A stretch of DNA of 64,000 bases from Candidatus Poribacteria bacterium (GCA_965209095.1 OZ242381.1:4417784-4481783); one strand, 5' to 3'; positions 18,928 to 30,031 are shown, numbered from the stretch's first letter. Numbers and translations: made by a program. Notes: generated by a model not told the origin, from the letters alone.

Positions 18928-19899
18928 ATGAAAGAGATAAAAATCGGTTTTATAGGATCAGGTGGCAACGCAAACGGACACATGAACCGTTTATCAGATA
19001 TGGAAGGTGCGAATGTCGTTGCAGTATGCGATATAATACCGCAAAAGGCACAAAATGCAGCTGAAAAACACAATGCCGACCCCTATACTGATCACCGTGA
19101 AATGCTGGAACGAGACGATTTAGACGCAATATACCTAAGTCTCCCTGTCTTTGTTCACGGTCAACCTGAGTTAGACGTGATTGAACGTGGTTTACCATTC
19201 TTTGTTGAGAAACCTGTAGCAATCAACATGGACATAGCACGGGAAGTAGAAGCCGCGGTGACAAAAGCTGGATTGATTACTTGTGTAGGTTATCAACTCC
19301 GTTATCTCGGTTCAACAAAGATAACCCAAGAAATTCTTTCAGGTAAAACGATCAACATGGTTGTTGGCAAGTACTGGTGCGGTAGTGGTCGTGGCAATCC
19401 AGAAGGTTGGTTGCGGCAGTGGAACAAGTCTGGTGGTCAATTAGTTGAACAGGCAACCCACACAGTAGACATGATGCGTAACTTGCTTGGTGAAGTCGAT
19501 TCGGTTTTTGCCATGCAGGCAAATCGTACACTGAAACAGATTGACTGTCCAGATAGTAATTGTGTGACAATTCAATTTAGCAGCGGTGCTATAGGGACTT
19601 TGACCGCAGCATGGGCTTATGCAGGTGGTTGGGATAATGCCAATGTGTTAGATATTCTTTATGAAGGTGAATTGCTTAACTGGAATCCTGCAAGAGTCCA
19701 TTGCAAAGAAGATGGTGAATGGATAGATAAAACAGAACCTGGTCCCACAATCGATGAAGTTTTTGTGAACGCAGTCCGCAGTGGAGATGCCTCTCAGATA
19801 TTGAGTCCGTATACCGATGCGGTCAAAACGCTTGAGATTTCACTTGCAGCAAATCTCTCTGCAGAAGAAAACAGACTTGTCCAGACTTCTTCATTATAA
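18928..19899 (+). CDS. Gfo/Idh/MocA family oxidoreductase
   Basis: IGFIGSGGNANGHM ... FVEKP motif. Confidence 0.7.
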   Translation: MKEIKIGFIGSGGNANGHMNRLSDMEGANVVAVCDIIPQKAQNAAEKHNADPYTDHREMLERDDLDAIYLSLPVFVHGQPELDVIERGLPFFVEKPVAINMDIAREVEAAVTKAGLITCVGYQLRYLGSTKITQEILSGKTINMVVGKYWCGSGRGNPEGWLRQWNKSGGQLVEQATHTVDMMRNLLGEVDSVFAMQANRTLKQIDCPDSNCVTIQFSSGAIGTLTAAWAYAGGWDNANVLDILYEGELLNWNPARVHCKEDGEWIDKTEPGPTIDEVFVNAVRSGDASQILSPYTDAVKTLEISLAANLSAEENRLVQTSSL

Positions 19900-19909
19900 G
19901 GTGAGAAAT

Positions 19910-20893
19910 ATGGCGACAAAATATCGAGTAGCAATCGTAGGGTGTGGTGGTATTTCGCACGCACATGGTAACGCGTGGCGAAACGTACCAGAAATTGAGA
20001 TTGTTGGTGCATGCGATGAAAAGTTTGAGTCTCTCTCACGTTTTGCCACCGAATATGAAGTTGAAAACACATACAACGATTTGAGACAGATGTTGGAAAA
20101 ACAGAAACCCGATATCCTCGTCGTTGCAACGTGGCCCTCAAGTCATCTCAAAAACGTATTGGAAGCAGTCCGTTGCGAAGTTAAGGGTATCCTCGTTGAA
20201 AAACCAATTGCTGTCAATACATCCCAACTGGAACAGATGATTCAGGTAACAGAACGGGCAAATATCCTCTTGATGGAAGCGTTTATGTATCGACATCATC
20301 CATTAACGTTAGCAGTAAAGGAAAAGGTGGAAGAAGGTGCAATCGGGGAAGTCCGATACGCCCGTTCATCTTTTTCAACCGGCCTCACTGATCGGACAAA
20401 TTGGCGATTAAGAGGTGATCTCGGTGGTGGTGCTGTGATGGATTTAGGATGTTACTGTATCAACATTATTCGCCACCTCATCGGACGCGAACCGCAATCT
20501 GCATGGGCAACAGGTAAGTTTGAGCCAATTAACAATGTCTGGGAAACTTTAATTGGTACAATGGACTTTGGTGATGGTGTCACTGGTCAATTTGATTGTA
20601 GTTTCGGATGGACTTGGCGTGAGTGTTATGAAGTTGCTGGTACAAAGGGAACTCTCTTTGTGCAAAGTGCTTGGGGAAACAGCGAAGGAGAATCGCACTT
20701 CACCGTCAACGGAGAGACTATTAGCGTTACTGGTGTAAACCCTTACGCTGCCGAATTATTGAATCTATGTGAAGCAGTAGATAACGGCACCCCACTTCTC
20801 TTGCCAATATCTGATGCGTTAGGAAACATGCGTGTCATTGACGCGCTACACGAATCCGCACATACAGGACAACGAATATTCATATCCGTTTAA
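19910..20893 (+). CDS. Gfo/Idh/MocA family oxidoreductase
   Basis: VAIVGCGGISHAH ... LVEKP motif. Start reset to ATG 19910, with RBS AAGGTGAGA upstream. Confidence 0.7.
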   Translation: MATKYRVAIVGCGGISHAHGNAWRNVPEIEIVGACDEKFESLSRFATEYEVENTYNDLRQMLEKQKPDILVVATWPSSHLKNVLEAVRCEVKGILVEKPIAVNTSQLEQMIQVTERANILLMEAFMYRHHPLTLAVKEKVEEGAIGEVRYARSSFSTGLTDRTNWRLRGDLGGGAVMDLGCYCINIIRHLIGREPQSAWATGKFEPINNVWETLIGTMDFGDGVTGQFDCSFGWTWRECYEVAGTKGTLFVQSAWGNSEGESHFTVNGETISVTGVNPYAAELLNLCEAVDNGTPLLLPISDALGNMRVIDALHESAHTGQRIFISV

Positions 20894-20964
20894 CCTAACT
20901 TCCTATTGAGGGATCACATAGCTGTCGGTGCGGTTATCTATCCGCACCAGATTTTTGTTAAACT

Positions 20965-21576
20965 ATGGACAATTTAATCTTTGTTTTGCCTATTCTATTC
21001 GTGATTGTACTGGTGCTACTCACACCAACGATCCGAAAAGCTATGGAAGCTGATCGGTTGGCAAAAGCAAAATATCAACTCACCAACCAACTAAAAGATT
21101 TAACAAATACAAATATTGAAATCACCAATCAACTAAAGAAGTTAACAAGAGCAAATAGTAAACTAACAGACGAATTAAATCTATCACAAACGAAACTGTT
21201 AAAAGCTGAAATAGCGGTATTAAAGGCTAAACAAACGAAAAAACCCGTTTTCTCTATACCACCACCAGAAATATGGTACGAGGACGATTATTGGTTAGCA
21301 CTCACTAATTGGTATCGTCAACTACAAAACTGGACATGTGAGTGTTGTGGAATAGATTTGAAGAAGCGGCCCTACTTTCTGGACACACACCATATATTTG
21401 GTAGACGACACAACGATCCAAGGTATCTTAAGGCACTTTGTATCGGCTGCCATGCGGAACAAACTGCGCCGTATAACCACATGTTTATGAAGAAAACTAT
21501 GTTTATGGAAAAAACTTCAAGATATAAACGTTTTAGGAATATCTATCCTGATTGGAAATGTAAGAAATGTAAGTAG
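20965..21576 (+). CDS. Membrane-anchored coiled-coil HNH endonuclease-like protein
   Basis: N-terminal TM helix, a roughly 60-aa coiled coil, and a C-terminal HNH motif CECCGIDL...HHIFGRRHNDPRYLKALCIGCH. Confidence 0.55.
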   Translation: MDNLIFVLPILFVIVLVLLTPTIRKAMEADRLAKAKYQLTNQLKDLTNTNIEITNQLKKLTRANSKLTDELNLSQTKLLKAEIAVLKAKQTKKPVFSIPPPEIWYEDDYWLALTNWYRQLQNWTCECCGIDLKKRPYFLDTHHIFGRRHNDPRYLKALCIGCHAEQTAPYNHMFMKKTMFMEKTSRYKRFRNIYPDWKCKKCK

Positions 21577-21758
21577 GATGGGAAATACTGCAGCCAATCC
21601 CAACAAATTTGAGAAATCCGTGATTCAGAACCCAAATTCAATTTAAGTTGAACAAATCCATCACTTCCATGTATAATACTATAAACAAAAACTAACTTTG
21701 AAGAAATACTACACCAAATAATATCCCAGCCATTTTGTGGTAGAGGTATCGTATCCCT

Positions 21759-24083
21759 ATGTTTGAACAACTCATGAAGTACCCGATAGATGTCTTCCGT
21801 GAAGGAGATTTCTCATTCGGCATCCCAATACCGGGACTTCTTATCTTTGTCTTGATGGTCGGACTTGTCGCAGCAACCATTTGGGCATACAGAAGTGCAA
21901 AAGGTCGTTCAGGACGCGTATTCCGTGGATTTCTTATCGCACTTCGCATTATTGTACTCTGTATTCTTGCCTTCTGCTTACTTAAACCTTTCCTAACAAT
22001 ATACCAAAATAACCCCGACGATTCCTACCTGTTAGTCATGGTTGACCAATCCAAGAGCATGCAAATAACCGATTCGGAAGATGGGAAATCTCGTCTAAAT
22101 AGAGCAAACCAACTGCTTTTCGGTGAAAACAATGAAGATGGTGGAAAACTTATTGAAGAACTGAATGCTAACAAATTCAAGGTCAGATTATTCGGATTTG
22201 ACACAGAAGCGAAACGAATTCCAAGTGAAACCATACAGAGTGCGGGCGGTGAAAATACTAACATCCCGAATGCTGTCAATGAAGCACTCGATGATTTACA
22301 AGGAATTCCATTGTCCGGTATCGTCCTATGCACCGATGGTGTAGACAGAAGCGGGACAGACATACAAAAACTGGTCATGAAAGCACGAGAACGCAAAGTA
22401 CCTATCCACACTGTTGGTATCGGAGATGAAGAAGGTATACCAGACATTGAATTAGTCAAAGTAGATGTCCCACGCACGGCAGAGGAGGATTTTCCTGTAG
22501 AGATCACTGCTACAGTTAAACGTACAGGAAATGCCCAAAAGAAAGCAACGATACAACTCATTGAAAACGGACGAGTGCTTGAATCGTATCCGATTACTTT
22601 GAAGAATGATGTCGCCAGAGTTCCGTTTAAATTTACGCCGCGCCATCCCGGCACCATAAAATATGAGGTGCAGGTGCTTCCTGAAACGAATGAGGCAATT
22701 CCACAAAACAACAATAAGACGTTCATCCTAAAAGTTTTACCCACCAAACGTGTGAAAGTACTTATCGTTTCCGATCCGCATTGGGGGTTTAAGTTTATCA
22801 GACGCGCTTTAGAAGATGATCCCAATATTGTCTTAACTGTTAGATACACAACCAGTGACGAAGGTTATGGCGGTACCTTAAGCAGTTCATCCCAGAACTT
22901 CAAATTATATCCTGATTCAAAGGAGGCCCTCTTCAATTTTGATGCAATCATTTTTGGAAATATTGCGGCTTCAGAGTTTACCCGTACACAACTTGAAAAC
23001 ACATTAGAATTTGTCAGAACACGTGGTGGTGGCTTTTTGATGATTGGAGGAACAAAATCATTAGGTAACTCGGTAATAACCGATTCATATCTCAACACAC
23101 CAATAGCAGAAATACTTCCTGTTGAATTGGAATTAGGTGAAGAACCTAAAACCCCACCAATGCACCTGTCACCTGCCCAAATCCCTCGTCCAAAAGGGTT
23201 TAAGTTGCAACTGACTGCTGAAGGAAAAACGGAACCTTTGATGGAATTAGCAAATTCCCATACTGAAAATCTGAAGAATTGGGATAAAATGCCAGTACTC
23301 TATTACTATAGCAAGGTAAAACGTGCAAAGGCAGGAGCAACGATTCTTGCTGAACATCCTACAGACCGAAATGAACATGGCAAGCGGGTCCTCATCGCAA
23401 CCCATAACTTCAACGCAGGACGAGTCATGGTCTACACACCGAGTAGTTCTGAACGATGGCGGATGCACATGGATAGCAAAGATGATAGCAGTGAGCGGTT
23501 CTGGAGACAGACTGTAAAATGGTTGACTACCGCACCAAAATCCGCAATCAAACTTGATATAGCAAAAACAGAATATACGCTAAAGGAACCTGTTGTGATT
23601 GAAGTGATAGCAACCGATAAGGAATTTACAGTTACAAATAACGCGAAATTACGTGCTATCGTTGTAGATGAGAAAGGTACAAGAAAGGAAATGCAGCTTG
23701 AACAAGTGTTAGGCAAAGACGGGTTATATACTGCGAGATTTATTCCAAGTCAATATGGAGAGTATACTGTCACTGCAACAGGAACGCTTGATGGTGAAGA
23801 CCTCGGTAAACAACAAGCACTATTTGAGGTAAAACCCTCTTTTGAGGAGTTTAGCGACGCAGCACTCAATGTGTCCCTTCTAAAAAACCTTGCAAATATG
23901 AGCGGTGGAAAATACTATCCTATTGAACAAGCTGGACAATTAGTCAATCAGATCACATTAGTAGAAAGTGCTACATCAGAAATAACAGACGTTGACATCT
24001 GGGATCTTCCACTGATTTTCGGTTTGCTCCTACTATTCCTCTGTCTTGAATGGTTCTTACGAAAACGCGCAGGATTGGTGTAA
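21759..24083 (+). CDS. VWA-domain membrane protein (BatA-like), with ThuA/class-I-amidotransferase-like domain
   Basis: Two N-terminal TM helices. VWA MIDAS-like segment LLVMVDQSKSM..TD. Middle region VKVLIVSD...FDAIIFGNI. C-terminal TM helix. Confidence 0.5.
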   Translation: MFEQLMKYPIDVFREGDFSFGIPIPGLLIFVLMVGLVAATIWAYRSAKGRSGRVFRGFLIALRIIVLCILAFCLLKPFLTIYQNNPDDSYLLVMVDQSKSMQITDSEDGKSRLNRANQLLFGENNEDGGKLIEELNANKFKVRLFGFDTEAKRIPSETIQSAGGENTNIPNAVNEALDDLQGIPLSGIVLCTDGVDRSGTDIQKLVMKARERKVPIHTVGIGDEEGIPDIELVKVDVPRTAEEDFPVEITATVKRTGNAQKKATIQLIENGRVLESYPITLKNDVARVPFKFTPRHPGTIKYEVQVLPETNEAIPQNNNKTFILKVLPTKRVKVLIVSDPHWGFKFIRRALEDDPNIVLTVRYTTSDEGYGGTLSSSSQNFKLYPDSKEALFNFDAIIFGNIAASEFTRTQLENTLEFVRTRGGGFLMIGGTKSLGNSVITDSYLNTPIAEILPVELELGEEPKTPPMHLSPAQIPRPKGFKLQLTAEGKTEPLMELANSHTENLKNWDKMPVLYYYSKVKRAKAGATILAEHPTDRNEHGKRVLIATHNFNAGRVMVYTPSSSERWRMHMDSKDDSSERFWRQTVKWLTTAPKSAIKLDIAKTEYTLKEPVVIEVIATDKEFTVTNNAKLRAIVVDEKGTRKEMQLEQVLGKDGLYTARFIPSQYGEYTVTATGTLDGEDLGKQQALFEVKPSFEEFSDAALNVSLLKNLANMSGGKYYPIEQAGQLVNQITLVESATSEITDVDIWDLPLIFGLLLLFLCLEWFLRKRAGLV

Positions 24084-24542
24084 TAACTACGATAAAATTC
24101 GTCAGTATGGCTGCACTACGGTTTACCCGACGAATACCACACCCATATTCCGCTTTGATTTAGACCTATAAAACTTTACACATCCCAACCTAACAAATCT
24201 CAGGGTTATTTAGTTTCGGAATTAGTCTTTTTGGACATGGAAAATTTGACATTTTCTGTCAAAGGACATCGTCTCCTTATTTAGTGAGCATTTAGAACGA
24301 CGAACCAAGTGTCGTCAAAAGAACAACAAATATCATTTGTTGTGAGCATTAAATCAGGTAATATCCTTATATTTACTGGGTTTATACCGAATTTTATGAC
24401 TTGTGCCAGTTAACAAACTGTTTGTTTTTTATTCACATATATTTAATTTAACATATAAACATATCGTCCCTAATGAAGATTAGAAAATACTTCGGGTAGT
24501 TCTAAAAATCTGTTATAGTGTTCATCAAGGAGGATATAATCT

Positions 24543-25690
24543 ATGCCAAGACACACTCTTCACCTCACTGATGAACAAAAAACTGCACTCTGCAAAATGC
24601 GAGATAATGGACAACCGGCTTATTTGCGTGAACGTGCTGCTGCGATATTGAAGATGGGCTCAGGGATGTCTCTCCATAAAGTCGCCTTGAGTGGTCTGTT
24701 GAGAAAACGAAAACCCGATACTGTCTATGACTGGTTGAGCCGGTTTCGCAAGCAAGGCATTCAAGGGCTCTTTCAAAAATCTGGCAGAGGCAGAAAACCT
24801 GCGTTTGCTCCGAAGTCCGAAGAAGACGCAGAGGCAGAGTTACAAAACATTGTGGGCATGTCGCCAGATACCATCTCGGGACATGCGACGCGCTGGACAT
24901 TGCGACAGATCAAGGTAGCAGTGCCGGGGTTGGCTCACATTTCTGTGTCGGGTGTGCATCACATTCTCTCGCGGCTCGGCATTAGTTACAAACGTGGTAG
25001 AACCTACATCCATAGTCCTGATGTTGCGTATAAGGAAAAAATGTTATACGTTTCTCAGGCGTTGGCACGAGCGAAGCAAAACCCGACACCTATGTTGCTC
25101 TATACGAAGATGAGTTTGCTTTTTACCGGCGTCCCACATTAGCTAAAGATTGGACAGAACGTGGCACGAAAAAACCGCTTGCTCATCAGGGACTTGGTTC
25201 ATATCTGACATGCTTTGGGATAGGTTCACTGAACGCACACACAGGTGATGTCGTTTACCATCAAGTAGAGCGTGCCACCGTGTTAGCGACACATGCGTTT
25301 TACACAGCAGTTTGTGAAAGGTATCCCAATGCGAAACACATTTATATGATACAAGACAATCGTCCTATTCACCTCCCTGTCCGGCTCTTAGAAGCACTTT
25401 TGCCACAGAAATCGTCGTTTCATAAACCACTCCCACCGAGTTGGGAGAAAGGTGCTACGAAAATAGGAAAACTACCTCAGTTGCCAATAGAGATAGGACA
25501 ACTACCGACCTATGCGCCGTGGACGAACCCGATTGAAAAACTGTGGCGATGGGTGCGTCAATCCGCTGGACATTTACATCGTCTCACTGATGAATGAGAA
25601 ATCCTTCAACAACGGATGATTGCGTTCATGGAACAGTTCAAAGGGGGTTCACAAAAACTCGAACGATATGTTGGATTATCACCCGATTAA
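24543..25690 (+). mobile_element. IS630-family transposase pseudogene (at least 2 frameshifts)
   Basis: HTH N-terminus. DDE region YEDEFAFYRRPT...IQDNRPIH...WTNPIEKLWRW is split across three frames, with breaks near 25095 and 25595. The C-terminal ...FMEQFKGGSQKLERYVGL lies in a third frame. Confidence 0.7.
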
Positions 25691-25726
25691 GTAATCTTTA
25701 TTAGGAGCGGTATATGGTTTCAGAAC

Positions 25727-25797
25727 ACATAGTACTCCGCTGGAGTGCCAGAACTTGAAATCCGATTTTCTATAAACATAGTACTCCGCTGGAGTGC
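25727..25797. repeat. Two direct copies of CATAGTACTCCGCTGGAGTGC separated by about 27 nt
   Basis: Seen directly at 25727-25749 and 25775-25797, just 3' of the IS630 remnant. Confidence 0.5.
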
Positions 25798-25982
25798 TGC
25801 GATTTATTCAGCATCAAATTTGGATAGGTGCGATATATCGTGTTGGATTCCTCTAAATCATTGTGTCAAACCCACTTTAATATTATTATCAAACTCACGT
25901 TATACATAAATTCATTTGACACTTAAATATAGTTTATGATAATCTTACGTATCAGGATTTAATACTGTTTCAATGCGTCAGA

Positions 25983-26732
25983 ATGAGAAATATCAAACTT
26001 ATACTTGAATATGATGGCACGAATTATCACGGTTGGCAGAAGCAACCCAATCTGCCTACTATTCAGGACACGGTTGAGGATGCCTTGACTCAACTGACTA
26101 AAACCCCGATACAGATAATTGGTGCTGGTAGGACAGATGCTGGAGTGCACGCAGAAGGACAGGTTGCCAACTTTTTTACTGAGTTATCAATTCCAACTAC
26201 TGCATTTCAGAAAGGTCTAAACACATTCTTGCCGCTCGATATTGTTGTATCGGGAGTTGATGAAGTTTCAACAGATTTTCATGCACGGTTCAGTGCCAAG
26301 AGTCGACGCTATAGATATACGATTTTGAACAGAGACTATCCATCAGCACTGAAAAGGAATACATCGTATTTTTACGCTACACTTGTTGATATTGAATCAC
26401 TTGAGGCGATCTGTCGTAGCATTCAAGGTAACCGGGATTTTTCGTCCTTTCAAAAAACTGGGAGTGAAAGATTAAATCCTAATTGTGAGGTATTCAACAC
26501 AAGCTGCTATAAAATAGATGACTATGTCTATCTTGAAATAGAAGCAGATTCGTTTCTTCGAGGAATGGTTCGTGCTTTTGTTGGCACAGCTTTGAAATGC
26601 ACGAAGGATGCAAATGGAAATGTAGATGAAGCGTGTGGATTGTTCCAACAAGTTTTGGATGCAAAGGATAGAGCAATAGCAGGTCCTTCTTCACCTGCTC
26701 ACGGGTTGTCACTTATCAGTGTAAAATATTAA
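25983..26732 (+). CDS. truA: tRNA pseudouridine(38-40) synthase TruA
   Basis: LEYDGTNYHGWQKQ...GAGRTDAGVHAEGQVANF matches the TruA catalytic Asp region. Confidence 0.85.
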   Translation: MRNIKLILEYDGTNYHGWQKQPNLPTIQDTVEDALTQLTKTPIQIIGAGRTDAGVHAEGQVANFFTELSIPTTAFQKGLNTFLPLDIVVSGVDEVSTDFHARFSAKSRRYRYTILNRDYPSALKRNTSYFYATLVDIESLEAICRSIQGNRDFSSFQKTGSERLNPNCEVFNTSCYKIDDYVYLEIEADSFLRGMVRAFVGTALKCTKDANGNVDEACGLFQQVLDAKDRAIAGPSSPAHGLSLISVKY

Positions 26733-26753
26733 GACTATTATAATGAGGTATTT

Positions 26754-27767
26754 ATGAACTACGCCCAAGTCTTGAATGAATTAGAAACACTTGTTAATGA
26801 AACTTTCGGTCTATGGGAACATAATCGGGTTGGATTTCAATGGAGACACTATACATGGAACCACACCTTGCGCGTTCGCTCAATGAGTATGGAGCTTGGC
26901 AGACGCGAAGGGGGTGATGTCAAGCTGCTTGAAGTGGCAGGAACGTTACACGACATAACCAAACGTTACGACGGTGTGATCCTGACTGATGATAACGGAA
27001 AACGCATCCTTGACCACAACGGTTTCTGGCTAAACGAAATGCTTACACCTGCAGGGAAAAACATTGTCACTGAACTTTATGAAAAGCATAATCTACACGG
27101 AAAGGTCCATCATGAATCTGGGGCAGTAATTACTGAAAATATTTTGGCGATGTATGACTTTGAACCAGCGTTTGTGGAAGCAGCAACATCTGTCGTTTTG
27201 GCACACCTGAAACCGATGAATCTCACTGCTGAAGACTTTAAACTGTTGTATGGCAACATTGAAAACCAAATCCTTTATGATGCAGATACCATGGATCCGA
27301 ATGTTGGGTATACTGGATTTTTCCGCAATATTCATATTCATGCTTATTTTGCACTTCAACGTGGGAATTTTAATTTAGAGGAATATGTCAGAAATTTGCC
27401 GCGTTGGATTGATTCCAAGCAGGAATTTGTGGATAAACTGCTAACTGAATCGTCCCGCGAAGTAGGACAAATCAGGCAAGATCGGAATCAACGACTCTTT
27501 GCCCAAATGGTAGATGAATTAGACGATATGGAGATCAATCGCAAATACGGATTACTCGGTATAATTGAGTATTTTGTCAGCGAAACAGAAGACCCGCATT
27601 TTCTAAATCAACTCAATTATCTAAAAGACGAATGGCTCCCACAACGACAGCAGTGGATAGCCGAAGAGGAGAAAAGTGAATCTACACGCGAACGCGCCCA
27701 AGCTGCTGTCAATCGTGTAGATGATTTCTTGACTTTATTTGAACAAGAAAGTCAAGGCGAGATTTAA
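26754..27767 (+). CDS. HD-domain phosphohydrolase family protein
   Basis: HTLRV...H...LHDITK looks like an HD motif. Confidence 0.5.
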   Translation: MNYAQVLNELETLVNETFGLWEHNRVGFQWRHYTWNHTLRVRSMSMELGRREGGDVKLLEVAGTLHDITKRYDGVILTDDNGKRILDHNGFWLNEMLTPAGKNIVTELYEKHNLHGKVHHESGAVITENILAMYDFEPAFVEAATSVVLAHLKPMNLTAEDFKLLYGNIENQILYDADTMDPNVGYTGFFRNIHIHAYFALQRGNFNLEEYVRNLPRWIDSKQEFVDKLLTESSREVGQIRQDRNQRLFAQMVDELDDMEINRKYGLLGIIEYFVSETEDPHFLNQLNYLKDEWLPQRQQWIAEEEKSESTRERAQAAVNRVDDFLTLFEQESQGEI

Positions 27768-27778
27768 GGAGAACTATT

Positions 27779-28654
27779 ATGAATCAATCTGCAACAAGTG
27801 AATCTAAAGACATTACATCTACCACCCGACCAATTCCTTATCCTGACGACCTATATCATTTTGATACAGTAGCAGATAGTATCTCTGGCAGTTTTGCAGC
27901 AGTAACCGATACCGATATCCAATACTTCCATCAGCATGGATATCTTGTTATTGAAGACGCATTTTCTCCTGATGAAATCCAAGAGGCATTAGATGGTATG
28001 GTTTTTCTGATGGATGGAAAAAATCCTGACTTTCGCGCGATCCAATTTGAACCGAAATTGGTAAAACAAAAGGATGAAATGGATGCAGATGAACGGCGCG
28101 ATGCTATTAGGAAAATATTCAATTTTGTAAATTATGAACCTCGTTTGAACGCGTTGGCGGCACATGCAGAACTTCTCGGTGTGTTGGAACGTATAATGGA
28201 CGATATACCCGTACTATTTCAAGATATGGCATTGGTTAAACCAAAGTTGTTCGGTTCTGAAAAACCGTGGCATCAAGATTGTGCATATTTCAACCTTGAA
28301 GAAGGAACAACAGTTGTTGGTGTGTGGATTGCATTGGACGAAGCCACTGCTGAAAATGGATGTATGCATATAATCCCTGGATCGCACAACGAAGGTCCGA
28401 TGATCCATTTCAAGCGGAGAGATTGGCAGATATGTGATACGCACGTTCCGATTGCACGTGATACAATGGTTCCGCTTCAACCTGGAGGATGTCTATTTTG
28501 GCATGGATTAACGCATCACGGAAGTCCGGTAAACCAATCTGAACTGAGACGAAGAGCACTCCAGTTTCATTACAAACCTGCAAGTAGTGAAGATGTTTCA
28601 ACACAAGAACGGATGGAAATATACGGAAGTGAGGGTAAAGATATAGAATGTTAA
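27779..28654 (+). CDS. Phytanoyl-CoA dioxygenase (PhyH) family Fe(II)/2OG oxygenase
   Basis: PWHQDCAYF...IPGSH motif. Confidence 0.65.
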   Translation: MNQSATSESKDITSTTRPIPYPDDLYHFDTVADSISGSFAAVTDTDIQYFHQHGYLVIEDAFSPDEIQEALDGMVFLMDGKNPDFRAIQFEPKLVKQKDEMDADERRDAIRKIFNFVNYEPRLNALAAHAELLGVLERIMDDIPVLFQDMALVKPKLFGSEKPWHQDCAYFNLEEGTTVVGVWIALDEATAENGCMHIIPGSHNEGPMIHFKRRDWQICDTHVPIARDTMVPLQPGGCLFWHGLTHHGSPVNQSELRRRALQFHYKPASSEDVSTQERMEIYGSEGKDIEC

Positions 28655-28713
28655 AAGGGTGGAAGAATCCACCCTTAAAGTGTTATCAGACTATTGACAT
28701 TCCCTTAGATCTA

Positions 28714-29763
28714 TTACTTTTGCTCTGGGAACGGGGCACGAATATCATACCGTCCCTCTTTAAACACAGGTAACTTTCCACCTTCAACCAATAAATCAAG
28801 CGGATTAGGTCGTGTCGTTAAAGGGAATGTGACAACGTCTTGTAAACGCACAGATTCATAAAACGCCATCAGAATTTCAATTGTGCAAAGCCCATGTCTT
28901 CCCGCATTACGGTGCTCATCAACTTCGCCTTCAATCCAAGCTAACATCTCTGAAAATTGATTCGGTTCGCTTTGACGAGGTTTGATTGTCTGCCATCCTG
29001 ATGCTTTACTGTTCAAGAGTTCAATTGTTCCATCACCACCACGACGTAGTTGTCCATCATCACCGTAAACAGCGTCTCCACGTAATCCAGGTCCAGGTAA
29101 ATCACTTTCATAAATCCCACGGATACCACCTTCAAAGCAGATTTCAGCCATACACAGATCTTCAGTTCTAACTCTACGTTCCCATCTGTCTGTTTTGCGC
29201 GCAACTTGTCCGATGAGCCATTGTGGATCTGGATCGCCGAGGATAAATCGCATTTCGTCAATTTCATGTGTGCCGCGATTAAGCAAGCCGTGTCCATCAC
29301 GCCGCAACATTGCTTGCGGTTGTCCGATCGCACCTTCTTGGATAAGTCTGCGTGCTTCACAGTTTTGAGAACTAAAACGTCTTTGGTGTCCAACAACCAA
29401 TTTTGTTCCATTCTTCTCACAAACATCCATCATGTCTTGGGCATCACCTACAGATGCAGCCATCGGTTTTTCGGTTATGACTCCTAAAGCACCGTTTTCT
29501 GCTGCAGCAATCGTAGGTTCTGCCCGGACACTCTGCCAGGTCGTGATACTAACAATATGAAGCTCTTCCTTCTGACACATTTCTTCAAAATCTGTGTAGT
29601 GTGTTTTAAGAGATAACTCATCTGCAAATTTAGCGGCAGATCCCTCATTGATATCAGAAGCGGTGACCACCTCTACATTCTCAAAACCGTTCCAACTTCT
29701 TGCATGTGCCCGACCCATTCCTCCGCAACCGATTACACCTACACGATATGTTTTTTCAGCCAT
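28714..29763 (-). CDS. Gfo/Idh/MocA family oxidoreductase
   Basis: YRVGVIGCGGMGRAHA motif. Start at 29763, with RBS GAGGTAATA upstream. Confidence 0.7.
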   Translation of the reverse strand: MAEKTYRVGVIGCGGMGRAHARSWNGFENVEVVTASDINEGSAAKFADELSLKTHYTDFEEMCQKEELHIVSITTWQSVRAEPTIAAAENGALGVITEKPMAASVGDAQDMMDVCEKNGTKLVVGHQRRFSSQNCEARRLIQEGAIGQPQAMLRRDGHGLLNRGTHEIDEMRFILGDPDPQWLIGQVARKTDRWERRVRTEDLCMAEICFEGGIRGIYESDLPGPGLRGDAVYGDDGQLRRGGDGTIELLNSKASGWQTIKPRQSEPNQFSEMLAWIEGEVDEHRNAGRHGLCTIEILMAFYESVRLQDVVTFPLTTRPNPLDLLVEGGKLPVFKEGRYDIRAPFPEQK

Positions 29764-30031
29764 CTGTATTACCTCAAAATATGAAAAGATGTTAAAACTT
29801 TTATCAAAGTGTATCAAAAATTGAAATGCAATTCAATTCATTTCTTTGGTATAATTAAAATAAAGAAAATTACATGTGTCTATTTTAATACAATCACTAA
29901 CAGGCATTTTTCCCAGTACCATTATATTTGTAACAACCTTATATTTGGCATCGTTTATGCAAGAGAAAAGTAACTTATGCAAAATCTTTACAAAAATTTC
30001 AATATATAAGGACATATAGTAAGGAGAAAAA

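Noticed and set aside
25727-25797. Possible CRISPR array
   Set aside because: Only two repeat copies with one 27-nt spacer. No cas genes. More consistent with an IS terminal-repeat remnant.
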